Shown piece after piece: positions 52,621 through 64,000 of a stretch of 64,000 nt of DNA; position 1 is the first letter of the stretch, and the number at the start of each line of letters is the position of its first letter. Under the pieces are notes generated by a model. It did not search any database. It was not told the DNA's origin and worked only from the letters and a program-made list of their open reading frames with translations. Position numbers and translations under genes: made by a program. The stretch is from Lama glama (lineage: Eukaryota): contig CM052816.1 in assembly GCA_028534125.1 (NCBI GenBank), forward strand, positions 41,852,001 to 41,916,000. Direction: 5' to 3'.

Positions 52621-55600
52621 ATATCCATCAAATTAATTACTAGCTGAGTGGTAGTGTGGGTATAGAGCTCACTACTCAAGAACTAGGTTGTTACGAGAAA
52701 TTCTTAGATTAGTATTTCAATATGTTTAAATTATATTTCTTATTGAGCCAATTTTGCATTGTTGTATTTTGCTGAAACAAATCAATTTAATCCAAAATTT
52801 CTAATTTATAAGTAAATAGCTATTCAAAATTTTATTTTACTACATTTTACATCTCTGTTGTATCTATAGGAATGTATTCATTCCTATCTCTGATTTTTTA
52901 TTCAGTTCTTCATTTTTTCACTTGTTTGGTTTTGTCAGACATCTGACTTATTAATATTTTCAAAATCTCATTTTTTGTTTTGTTAATTTTCTGCAATTTT
53001 TGTCTACTTTTATCTGTGTCTCTATTTTGTATATTTGGTTTTTTATTTCAAATTTTTTGAATTGAATGACTGTCATTATTTTTTGTTTCAATACTTTTTT
53101 GTCTGTTAAATGTATTTCACCTTAGTTTTATTCCTCTATAATATTAGATTCCGTAATATGATTGTATTTATAATCCTAATCATACAGTTCATTTCCTTGT
53201 GAATGCTGCCAAGAATAGTTCTGACTGCTTGGATTTGATTTTGATAATTTTGAAAAATAATTCCTTGCCTGAATCTGGCCAGATAGGAGTTTTAGAAGTA
53301 AAACTTTTAACATTTTTTTTGAAATTCAAGAATTAAAAGTCATGCAAATAAGGACTGAAATAAAATAATAAAAACTAATAGATTTTTACCAAAATTGGTT
53401 GAGATGAAGTCTCTGGCCACAGATCTCATTTTGCATGAATCATCTGGGCTTAATGTCTGAGTTCAGAGAGTTACATCATTGACAGGAAGAAACAGGAAAT
53501 AAATTTATGCAACATCTGTTTTCCTCTTTAGACAAATTTGTCTGTTTGGATCTCATCTTTTATAGCTGTTTTCCCTTTTGTTTTATAAACTTTATAATTT
53601 CCTGGTTCTCATCATTCCTCTGACCTCAGCAATATTGGATGATGACATACACAGCTCCCTGGATTCCTTGGTCAGTTTACTTGACCATGAGTACCAATTT
53701 CCAGATATCATTATGACAGATGCACAAACAATATTAGATTCAACCTAAAGTCAGCATATGATCTGAATTTATAATAGTAAAGTGAATGTCTTTCTTTGTT
53801 CACCCAAAGTTTATCCTGCTTTTCACTGTGCCAAAACAAAGCAAAACAAAAAAATCTCAATAATGCTGAAGAAACAATATTCTACTATGATTTTAATTTA
53901 TTCTTTTAGATGCATTTCTTGGTTAACTCAAAGATATTTTCATATGCTTTGTAAGAATCAACGTATTTTTTATGTATTATCAGAAGTAGAACTGAAGGTA
54001 CAATCTGTGGTTTGGGAGATGGAATTGAGGACATTAGAGACTACATTTTCACTGGCTACACTGCTGTGCTCCCTGCTTCTTTTTCTATCCACGTTTCACG
54101 GTGCTACTTGAAGACGCTAGTTCTCCTACCCCTGCCTGGTTCTCTCCCTGTTTCTTTAAACTAAAGAGTATATAGCTTTTTTTTTTTTTTGAGTGCTTAA
54201 CAATGTTTTCTTGTATTTTTTCCAAATCATTTTTGTGCACTTCTCCTACTTGCCACCTAGCTCATAATCTATTTGGAATCCTTAACATGGCCAGGAAATG
54301 CTAGCAAACAATAGGTGCTTATATACTTACAGAGGAGTGAAGATGGATACAAGGAAAATAGTCTTATGTGGCAAAATAGAGATATATCAGAATTTTTGTT
54401 AAGTAAGATTTAATTGCCACACTCTGGAATATCTGAGGATTTCAGTCATTGTAGCTTTAGGAGCTGAGAATGCAGTGAGGAAGCTAGAGATGAGGGATAA
54501 ACAGTTGGTTGACTTCTCTCTCAGGATGCACCTGCAGTACTCTGTGGCTGTTTTATACAGAGCTGGAGGAGCTGCTGGATAAACCCTCTGGTGTAAATGC
54601 CCTTTAACTATTGTTTTAATACAAATCCTTTTGAGTTTTCATAGCTATGGCCTTGTTTTGGGGCACTAATGCCAAGATTTTGTCTTGTGGTAATATTCAA
54701 AATGCCACTTTCTGATATTCTCTGTTTCATAAAATGGCAAGCAACACATTTCTCTGGGCAGAAAACAAAATTATAGCAGGTAAAATATACCATGATTAAG
54801 GAGTCGAGTCTTTTTTCTGCAGCATCCATGTACATGCACCATTATTTCTTTATTCAATAATTTATTCATGTAGTCATTATAATATTTAGGGAGTATATTT
54901 CAGACACAAAGTTAGACAATGACATAGTGGAATTACTGATTAAAGGAAAATCAGAGCTTATGAAGCAGGCACATCAGCCTAGACATGGATAAAGAGAGGT
55001 ACAAATAAATGTTTTGGGAAGATTTGGCTGTTATTTTCTTCTTTTTTGCCATCCCCAAATTTCACAAGATAAAGATTGAGAACAATAGAAGTGTTTAATT
55101 TGAATCCTTCTTAGAATAATCAATCTTCAGCACTTCCAAGAAGAGAATCCACTATAAGTAATATATTTCCTTTTTTAAAGTACATTGCTTGAACTCAAGG
55201 AGGACTAGAAAAGAAGCCAAATGTGCTTGTGTGCAGGAGGGCTCACTTATGCCAAAGGAAGGGAGATGTGCCTTAATAGTGCTAGCCCCCAAATTAGTGC
55301 CTGCCCTAGGGAAAGGTCTTCTGTTTAATCTAACAGGTTCGATAGCCAAAGAACTAGATGAGCTTTCATCTTGTCTTAGAAGAGACATCAAAAGTAAAAA
55401 AGCTGGAGGAGCCAATTTCGGACTGAACCATAGAATTGGAATGTGTGAGCCCCTCTACCTGCTACTCTTCTAAGGGACTTCTATCACTGGATGGCCTTCA
55501 AAGTCCCAGGTTGCTTCTCCAGACAGAATGTCCTAGACTTGGGCTTACATTTGGAGTAAGAGTAGAATGAATACAGGGAGCAAGAGCCTATTTGTGTTTT

Positions 55601-56389
55601 AAGGTGGAGTTTCTTAACACAAGATGTGTGCAGTATAAGAACTACTTGAGAAAGGCTCACGGATAAAAATGTCTTCAGCTCTCAGGGTAAAGGAGAGAGA
55701 TTAAAATCCAGGGAATCCCAATAAGGGTACTTCTAATTCCCTAAAACCTTTCACTTTGGAACTCTGGGAAGAGTCAAAGTTAATAAGAACTTTACATTTC
55801 CCTTCCTACTTGTAGTGGCCATTGATATTATTCTGTGTATTTATTATACATATACACTGTGCCAACACATTAATTGTCTTAGGAAAACTGAAATGATAGG
55901 TGGCAACATGAAAGGAAGTCCTGCTGTATCCTACCTCCTTCAAAGGAGAAAGCTTGTCTTCCTATTTAGATGATTTCGGAATATTTTGATGGCTGAGTAG
56001 TCACCCCTGACATTGAGAAGAAAAGAACTGATGAAGTTGAGGCGTGATCTTTTCCCTTAATGATTTCCTTAGTGCTTTTATTGGAACGTGACAGGTTTTG
56101 AAATGGGGAGACGGTAGTTATCTAGACAATAAGTTAGAAAAATTAACAAATAATTAAATCACATATCAGGTAATTCAGAAACATTCATTGAAATCATTAT
56201 CATTACTGTTATAAACTGAAATAATGAGATCTTAAAATTATATTAAAAAGAACATAATTTTAATACAGAAAAATAATCTTTAGAACATGGGTGTTAAATA
56301 CTGGCATAAACAATTTTTTTCCTCTCTGAATGTCTTTAAAATTATTATATATCTTACCTGTGTGGAATGGTTTATGATTGGGAGTAAAA

Positions 56390-56800
56390 TCTGGAAATGA
56401 GATTGAGAGAAGGAATTTTAAGGTTTTTAACCCGCTGTGTGGTCAGATTTTTGTTTTAGGAAACTCACTCTGATAATAATGGAGTCAGGGACAATAGCCT
56501 GGTAGCAGAATTATATATGGCACTATATAAATTAAAATTGTGTATCTAAGGCACTAGCAGTGGGAATGGAGAAGATAGATATAGCAGGAAAATGTGACAC
56601 GATTGAGTAACAAATGGTATTGCAAAAGTCTGGGATGATTCTCAAGTTTCTGGCTTGGATGACTATATGAGTGATAGTTCCATTCATTGATTTAAAAAAA
56701 AAGATTTTAAGGAGAAGGAAAGCTCTATTTTGGACGTATGAAGACTGAAGTGCCTAATAAGGTACTCAAAGGAAAATGCATAGTAAGTAATTGGTTACAT
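56390..56800 (-). mobile_element. L2 LINE fragment
   Basis: gatgattctcaagtttctggcttggatgact...ctattttggacgtatgaagactgaagtgcct. Confidence 0.7.
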
Positions 56801-57200
56801 GAGTCCAATTGCCCCACATACCACAGAACTCCTTAGAACTACTAATATTTGCTGCCTTGACCTCAGGCAACTCAGTTGGTCAGGGATTGTCAGGAAGAAA
56901 TAAACACGGGTTTTAACCCACTGGCTCTCCACTGGGAGGAGCAGGGGTGGAGTGACTGGCAGAGGAGCGTGCACCTGTTTTCAGTAGCTCCCACTCCGTG
57001 GGCTTTCAGGCTGCCTGATGTTTCTCTCCTGACTCCACAACTACTGTTGATATCTGGAGTGGCACAGGCTACAGTTGTGTCAAGGGACTCTGGGGGATAA
57101 GAAAAACAGAACTTAAATATTTTATCCCAGCCCCTCCTTCCACCAGTGTAGGGACAATTTGCGACAGGCTTTCCCACTATTCTCACCACTCCTGAGACCC

Positions 57201-57250
57201 TACACACACACACACACACACACACTACACATACACGTTCACACACACAC
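57201..57250. repeat. Imperfect (CA)n microsatellite
   Basis: Direct reading. Confidence 0.9.
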
Positions 57251-57594
57251 ATGTTCAGGATTGTCTTTTGTTTCATTTTTTAGTACTGGTTTCCTGAGGG
57301 CTTTGCATTCTTTTAATGTCAGTTCTTCAGATCCATGTTTCTATCTTACTAGCACAGTTTCTCCCAGGCTGATTTTAAACGAGTGAGCCAACAGCCCATG
57401 CTAGTTGACCATCTTGTCAGGATTTCAGGGCATTATGAATCAGTAATGTCCATATCATTTGTAATTCTTCTGAAATAACAGTCACTATGATCTTATCTGA
57501 AGTTCAGGCTTCTCATTATCCTTAACCTTACGTAGTATTTACCACTCAGTGACAACTTTCCAGCTCCAATTCTGTACTGTCTTGGCATCTAGAA

Positions 57595-57595
57595 A

Positions 57596-57646
<51 letters not shown>
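57595..57646. repeat. (AT)n microsatellite
   Basis: Direct reading. Confidence 0.95.
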
Positions 57647-57649
<3 letters not shown>

Positions 57650-58180
57650 AAACTAGGAATGTTCAATGCCAGCATTATTGTTACCATTTGTTGAAAATCA
57701 ATGACACTTAAATAAAAAGTACCATATGGACCATATGGTAAATATTTCCATTTAAATAAAGAGTAAATTGGCATTTAAAGTGACATTGTGGGTACATGTT
57801 TTTAAGAAATATCTCTCAAGAAATATCTGTTTATTAGGTCCATTTCAATTTCAGAAGGTTTTCACATGATACATTGGGACCTGTAGTAAAAAGATTTCTG
57901 AAAGTGTAGTTTCTATTTTTATCTGTAGCGTCAATGAGAAAAATAGAGACTATTGGAAATGTATTTCTCCGTTTCTTACTGAAAAACAATTTTTATCCTC
58001 CTCAGTTCTTTTGTATTCAAACCGCTACTCTTTTGTCAGCTTCAGCACTATAGAAGTCCTTGCATTTCTGAAGCATTCCTGACACTCCTATAAAACCTGA
58101 GACATCAGTATGTCTATATTTTTGTCTCCTAATAAACCCCTAGTTTTTGCTTTCTTTTTTCTCAAATTAGCCAGACCAAC

Positions 58181-58645
58181 TATATTCATTATCTGTTGCT
58201 GCCTAACAAACCACCCTACTTATTTGTGACTTAAAACAACAACTGTTTATTGTTTCTCACAAGTCTGTGTCAGCTGGATGCCTCTGCTGATCTGACCAGG
58301 ATTAGTCGTAGCTCTGCTTCTCCACTTATCTGTAGTCAACTGGCAGTTTGACTAGGGCTACAGGGGTGACTGAACTTGGTGCTGTTATTATCCATCAGGC
58401 CAGCCCACTTGTTCGCATGGTGGCCATGAGTTTCAAAGAAAGAGTTTGGAAGCATGTATGTCTCTTGGGGCCAAGGCTTAGAATCGTCACAGTTCCACTG
58501 TTGGTCAAAGCAAATCACAAGACCAGCTCAAATTCAAAGAGAAGTAACATAGTCTCCTTTTGATGGGAGGAGCCTCAGAATTACATTGGAAAGGGGCATG
58601 GTTATAGGGAGGAGAATAATTGCACCAATTTTGCAAACCTCAGCA
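58181..58645 (-). mobile_element. MLT1 (G/H-like) MaLR solo LTR
   Basis: tatctgttgctgcctaacaaaccacc...ttaaaacaacaactgtttattgtttctcac...ttggtcaaagcaaatcacaagaccagc...tgatgggaggagc. Confidence 0.85.
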
Positions 58646-59254
58646 AATTATTGGATGTTAGGGACAAGAAGAGAACTGGATGGTTGTGGTGCTCCACTTT
58701 CTGATTTTCCTCTTGCTTTTCCCTGGGTCTTATCCTTATAAGCCAGTGAATTAAATGATAATGAGAGAGGTTGCTTTGTAATATAAACATCAAATATAAT
58801 ATACAGGTCTGGAAGGCAGAGTCTGGACCTATGATTTTTTCTCCCTTCTAAAGCATGTCTCTCTGGATTGTACACAGTGCGGATATACTATGCTTTTTTC
58901 TTTCTTTTACAGAAAACAGTTCTGATTGGGCTAGTACCCAATTTGGTCAGTATTTTCACCATACGGAAGGTTAAAGATTTTGAATATTGTCCCTGATTAA
59001 ATATATATTTATACTTGGTTATTGATTAATAATTAAACAACTCACTAAGAAATCTGGAACTCAGCTCTGAACTGAAAGCACAGACCCCAGGTAAGAGTAG
59101 GTAGGAACCTCGTTTCTGACCCTTTCTCCCCAACAAGGTCCTTCTGCCCAGTGTCATTCGAGCCAATAAAATGAGACTGAGTTTGGTTCAGAAACAAAGG
59201 GAAGCTTTATTCTCTGAGCATAGAATGGAAGGATGGGAGCTAGCACTCTAGAGT

Positions 59255-59525
59255 CCACGCTCTCACTGACAGGACGTGGGCGGGGCTGCTGTACCGCGCG
59301 GTCTCCTCCATGGGGAGGGGGTGGAGTTCTCACAGGTCGGGCGGGGCTGTGCAGGGCCCTCTCCAGGGCAAGGTGCCCCGCCCAGCGTCTCTGCGCGCGC
59401 ACCACCGCTGCACGCAGCCCTCCTCAGCCGCCGCCGCCGCCGCCACAGCCGCCGCCGCCGCCATCTTGAGCTTCTGTGTGGTGCTTTCCCACACTGTTGG
59501 CGGAGCTGAGGTGTTAGCACCGTCA
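59255..59525. promoter_or_regulatory. Small CpG island / candidate promoter with GC boxes, (GCC)6-ACA-(GCC)5 tract and YY1 motif
   Basis: The only non-repeat CpG-dense patch in the window. GGGCGGGG near 59278 and 59339, CCCCGCCC near 59376, TGCGCGCGCA (NRF1-like) at 59392-59401, CCGCCATCTTG (YY1) at 59458-59468. Confidence 0.7.
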
Positions 59526-60834
59526 TTTCACACAAGGAACTCTGGTCTGAAGTGCCAAATGCAAGGCTTCTGCACACGGGACCCTGTGAGCAAGTGAAAC
59601 TAGATGAAGCAGGAAGGAAACGGGAAAAAAAAGGTTAGACTTTATTACCCAGATACTATTTTATTTCCCAGGAATTGTTAACGGGCTTTGCCTGTGACAA
59701 CCTCACTCTCTTTTTGCTTAAGAGTCTACCCTGTTACTCCTGTTTCAGCAGAGGTCAGAATTGAATTCTATATGCTGAATATAGAACTCTGGAAATTACA
59801 TTCAGGCAACTTTCCATCTAGAATTATTTTACAGGAGCAAAGCTGTTTGACTCCTAATACTGCACATGCCAGACAATTTATATGAATGCATCAGGGCTTG
59901 GCACCAAGTAAATAAAAGCTCTTTCACCTATCCACTGAATTCAATTTTGCAGCAACAAAATGTTCAGCTACCTATATTCATCATTTTTAATGGTGTTCCT
60001 CTGAAGTGCCTCATGGTAATTCTCTAAATGTGTCCTTCCCACAACTGATTGGAAAGCCATTTTTTATTTTAATTAGGAATTTGGGACTTGCACGCCATCA
60101 GAGAAAATCTTTTTTACCTCGTATAAAGAAGATTTTTCAATTAAAATTGTCCCAATTTTAGTACTGAAGAAACATAAACATGCTTAATTAAAAAATAGAG
60201 GCTTGAAATGAAACTACAGTTTATTTTATTCGAGTAAATGTTAACTTGAATAAGTTTTCATTGTTTTCTGCAGAAGCTCTTTCTTGTGAGATTTAAGTAA
60301 AGGAAGATTTTGTGTTTTCATTGCTGTTACCTTAAAGTGGTTGACCTGACTATGGTTAATAAAATGTATTTAAATTTAAAGGGCAGACCCTGACTTTTCT
60401 AAGACACAGAGCTGGCTCTACCTAGTCAAGTAGGAAGAGCTTGCACATGGTATCCATGGTCTCTTTTCTCCAACATTAACCTTTCCTATTCTTTTCCAAC
60501 TTCCTCTGAGGTGCTGTGGCCACATGGTTTTGTTCCATCTTTCCCCTGACATGGAGAAGACACGATTAATATGCATTAGAACAGTTTCTTCCAATGGTAG
60601 ATATGTTTTAGTCTGTATTCTAGATCATAATCTACTATTAGGGGTCCCTAAGTGTTGGCCTGCTGCCATCATCTGGCTTCCAGATGTTTTTGAAATGTTT
60701 TGAACTAGTTGGTAAAATTTAGAAGTAAGGAGATTTCACAAGGAACTCCAGATATGTGGTAGCTCTTGAGAGATTTGAGTATCTAACAACCCTAGGAGCA
60801 CCCTCTGAATGGCAACAGCTGGGTAATAAAGCTG

Positions 60835-61168
60835 ACAGTAAAAATACAGGATGTCTGGTTAAATTAGAATTTCAGTAAACAATAAATAACGTTTTAACTT
60901 AAGTGTGTCTCATACAGTAATTGGGGCATACTTATGTTAAGCAAATAGAGGTTTATCTCTTGGTTACCTGAAATTCTTCTATTTATTTTTTTCTTTTTGG
61001 GGGGAGGTAATTGGTTTATTAATTTATTTTGGTGGAAGTACTGGGGATTGAACCCAGGACCTTGTGCATGCCAGGCACACATTCTACCACTGAGCTACAC
61101 CTTCCCCCTCTGAAATTCTAATTTAACTGGGCATCATATATTTTTGTTTGCTAAATATGACAAGCCTA
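60835..61168. mobile_element. MER53 palindromic MITE (hAT-Blackjack), interrupted by a SINE
   Basis: Inverted arms aaaatacaggatgtctggttaaattagaatttcag and ctgaaattctaatttaactgggcatcatatattttt. Confidence 0.8.
60978..61109 (-). mobile_element. tRNA-derived SINE (camelid Vic-1 type)
   Basis: Minus strand GGGGAAGGTGTAGCTCAGTGGTAGAA (A box)...GGTTCAATCCCCAGTAC (B box)...A-rich tail; TSD ctgaaattct at 60968-60977 and 61110-61119. Confidence 0.9.
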
Positions 61169-63149
61169 CCTGAGTATGAGCAGTGACTTTTCACCTTAGA
61201 TGGGGCAGTTCTCAGCAGATCCACTGAGCTCGCTTTACTTTATGTTGCCTGCGTGACTTGAAAGCCTTCAAGGTTTTGCCACTGTCTTAAAGAACTGAGT
61301 CTCTAATAGTATTTAAGTCCTTAATTCTACAAACTCTGACTATTTTAGCTAAAATCATCTCATGAAACTTCAAACCTGTCAGATGTGAAGGTCCTTGTGC
61401 CTTGGGCTCCTTCCTATCCCTTCAAAGTTCTCAGCAGTGACCACTACAGTAGGACCTTGGCCTCTGTCTATTCTGACCCTCTTCCAGCCTTTTCAATGGT
61501 TATCCTGTCAGGATAAAACAACAGTGAAGCATCCTGGTTTTAGACCAGTGAGAAGGCTTTAAATATTGAAGGTTTCCTTTTAAGCCAGTAATTATGCCTT
61601 TGTGAGTAGATTCTAAACCTAGAATCTAGGTAAAAATATTAGAGGGATAAGTATTTATGGTGTTAATATTTAGAAGTACTAAAATTTGGAGCCAATCATA
61701 GTGTTTAACAATGTGAGAAGAGTCGGCTAAATTGTGGTATATCTTTTCTGTGGGCTAGTTTATCCCTATTAATCTCATTTGTGAAGTGTTAGAATCATAT
61801 AGAAAATACCAGAGTTAAGTAAAAAGAAATCCTTATGGGAAATTGTACGTAGAGTATTATCATAATATGTAAAGAACCATATGCACAAAATGAAAAATAA
61901 GATGGGAATAAATCAAAATGATAGATTGTTAGTTGTGGTTGCTGGAGATATGGAGCGTATTTTCTTCTTGTTTTTTTCCTGTACTTTTTTTTCTAATTTT
62001 TCTATAATGAGTATATACTAAAATTATTTCTGCAACTACATTTTGAATTTCTAGAAATTGCTTGACTTTTTATACCTATATTAAGATGCTAAAATTGAGT
62101 CTTTATGTCTCAACTTTGTCTGAGGTCTGATGACAGCAGATATCAGAAGCAACAGTGAATTATAAGGTAGACTACCGTGACGGTTTTGCAAAAAGTAGGT
62201 GGCCAAGCATTTGTTATATAATTCTTAAAATCCTTTATGTACATTGTGGGTGTAGAGAGTTGAGAAAAGTGTTTAGGAAAGAGCTTGTGTTTTGGAAGAA
62301 TCCTCTCCTCCCACCCTGGGAAAGGGGTCAGAGATTTCTGCCTGCTACGTTAAACCTGGTAAGAAGCATCAGTAAAACCATTAAGAGAGTTGCATATACA
62401 TCATGCCTTGTGGTTGGAGGGATGTAGGGGGCTAATGTCCAACTCCCATATGGGAATGTCTGAAAGTAAAAGTGGGCTGGTTCGCTGCCTCAGTGGTAGA
62501 GGCAAGGAGAGATGGCTGCATGCGTCACCTGTATTTTCAGTTTGTCAGGGTAGAGGGATCAGGAAAGTTTTCTGTGAATGGATGATGTACACATGCACGA
62601 CAGAGGACCAGCTTGGGAGTGATCATAAATCCTGCCTGATAGGGTCTCCTGGAAAGGTAAACAAACCTCAGGACAGAGAACCAAAGCCAAGGATTTCTTA
62701 TGCCTGCAAGAGAAGAAAGCTCTGAGTCAGAAAAGATTGTATCAAGGGCCCAGTGGGAGAGTGTACAAATGTCTGTTTAAGAGCAGGCTTTATACGTTGT
62801 CCATGTCCAGAGAGCATTTGACATGATTCCAGCTTGTGACATTTCCAGACAAGTCAGAACTTTCCAGTCTCCTCTATCTCCCCTCCTTCCTATACTCCAA
62901 CTTTGGAGGGCTTGGAAACTAGAAGTAGCAAAATAACATGGGGAAAGGAATTGGGAAAGAAAGACAGTGAAGATTACCTTCCTAGGGGGAGGTGGAGTAG
63001 CCATAATTTTGGTTTATATTGGGAGAGTTGAGTATTACATGGTACTGGGCATTTTAAGTACAGAAGTAAGGCTGTTTTGTGACTTGAAATTACCAAAGGT
63101 GGCAGACACAGAAGATGGTCTGCTCATATTTCCTCAGTTTGCACTATTA

Positions 63150-63590
63150 TACTGCATAACAACCTGATAGCTTCCAAACAGAAGCACCTGCAACTCTTTA
63201 ACCAAAGGCTTTTTCTGAAGCTGATAACTTTCTTCACTTGTGAGCAGGGCAGGCTGGTATTGCCAGGTAGTTAATACTTATTCCTCCATGAACAGCCCTT
63301 ATTCAATGACTAACTGATGTTAAATGATGGAAAACTATCCCAGCTCACTGGCCAGAGATGGGCTAACCTGAAGTTATGTGTTACATTGTTACTCAGAGTT
63401 TCAAACTGGGTTTGAGCTCCAGGAGTCTTTTGCAGTTACCTGCTCCATATGGCATCATTTGCTGCTTTCTTTTCTTTCCTATCTCATTTCCTACCCTTCT
63501 GTTTGTGCTTCCTGGAATCATCTTGAAAATAACTACTTTGATTAAATTCGTGTTTCAGCGCCTGCTTCTTGGGAAAGCCAGTTTATAATA
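63150..63590 (+). mobile_element. LTR16-type ERVL LTR
   Basis: cagggcaggctggtattgccaggtagttaat...ttcctggaatcatcttgaaaataactact...cctgcttcttgggaaagcc. Confidence 0.7.
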
Positions 63591-64000
63591 GGTAGTACCA
63601 GAAGTGGTCTCAATATGCAGGCCTTCAGGATAGGATTGTGGAATTGAATCACTGTTAGCATGTTAGCTACATGTTAGCAAATACACTATTTCAGGTGGTC
63701 CCTGAAGTGATGATCACTCCTGGCATTCTGTCACATCAAAATTACTAAAACTCTCATTTATGGGGAACTGAAATTGAGTATATGTAGAAGATGTCTTAGT
63801 TGATGCAATGTCTTTAATGCTTGGATGATGTAGAGAAAATGGTAATTCTAAGACTTGAAGTATTGTTGGCTCTTAATTGCCTTTGAAATGTTGGAAGAAT
63901 AAAATGAAATGCTCAGTTCACCTAACTATCGACTCAAGGGTTAATCATAACCTCCCTGGCAGCATTTAAAGAGATACTTACTTCATGTAGCCAGAGAACA
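63591..64000 (+). mobile_element. Start of ERVL internal region (ERV3-16A3-like), continuing past the window end
   Basis: PBS-like gtaccagaagtggt directly after the LTR16 end. Confidence 0.55.

Larger units (their letters stand above)
50250..53100 (-). mobile_element. Highly decayed old L1 (L1ME-type) fragments, interrupted by MIR and MER113
   Basis: T-rich antisense L1-like tracts, e.g. aaattaaggaaattcctttccattcctagtttactaagag and caccatccaggccaagaaatagaact. Confidence 0.65.
60639..61284. mobile_element. MER102 (hAT-Charlie), split by nested MER53 and SINE
   Basis: 5' part ...ggagatttcacaaggaactccagat...ctcttgagagatttgagtatctaacaacc...; 3' part ...tttatgttgcctgcgtgacttg. Confidence 0.7.

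Noticed and set aside
55152..55473. Overlapping 87/94-aa ORFs on both strands
   Set aside because: No recognisable domain or splice context; length is within chance expectation.
59154..59597. Multiple overlapping Pro/Arg/Ala-rich ORFs
   Set aside because: Expected from GC-rich GCC-repeat sequence; most have non-ATG starts and no recognisable homology.
61030..61109. tRNA-like sequence with A and B boxes
   Set aside because: It has an A-rich tail and TSD, so it is a SINE head, not a tRNA gene.
1..64000. A novel multi-gene biological system
   Set aside because: No intact coding genes or unexplained arrays; nearly all structure is explained by known mammalian repeats and retroposition.

Overview
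Mammalian genomic DNA, most likely from a camelid: it carries a Vic-1-type tRNA-derived SINE and young camelid-like L1 3' ends, and I saw no ruminant, pig or carnivore SINEs. It is AT-rich and dominated by interspersed repeats (L1, L2, MIR, MaLR/ERVL/ERV1 LTRs, hAT and Tigger DNA transposons), with two assembly gaps. I find no convincing protein-coding exon; the only recognisable protein sequence is decayed L1 ORF2, so the window reads as a large intron or intergenic region. Highlights: (1) an L1-retroposed copy of box C/D snoRNA SNORD57/U57 with intact boxes, an 18S rRNA guide, an untrimmed 3' tail, a poly(A) remnant and TSDs (17.7-17.9 kb); (2) a small CpG island with GC boxes, an interrupted (GCC)n tract and a YY1/Kozak motif at 59.3-59.5 kb; (3) an unidentified polyadenylated 3'-end retrocopy inside an internally deleted, TSD-bounded L1; (4) a young ERV1-type solo LTR inserted into the TSD of a MER20 and split by a probably false gap; (5) a twin-primed L1, nested transposons and TE-poor candidate enhancer blocks. 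I see no solid evidence for a new multi-gene system. Repeat family names come from remembered consensus sequences and need RepeatMasker/Dfam confirmation.
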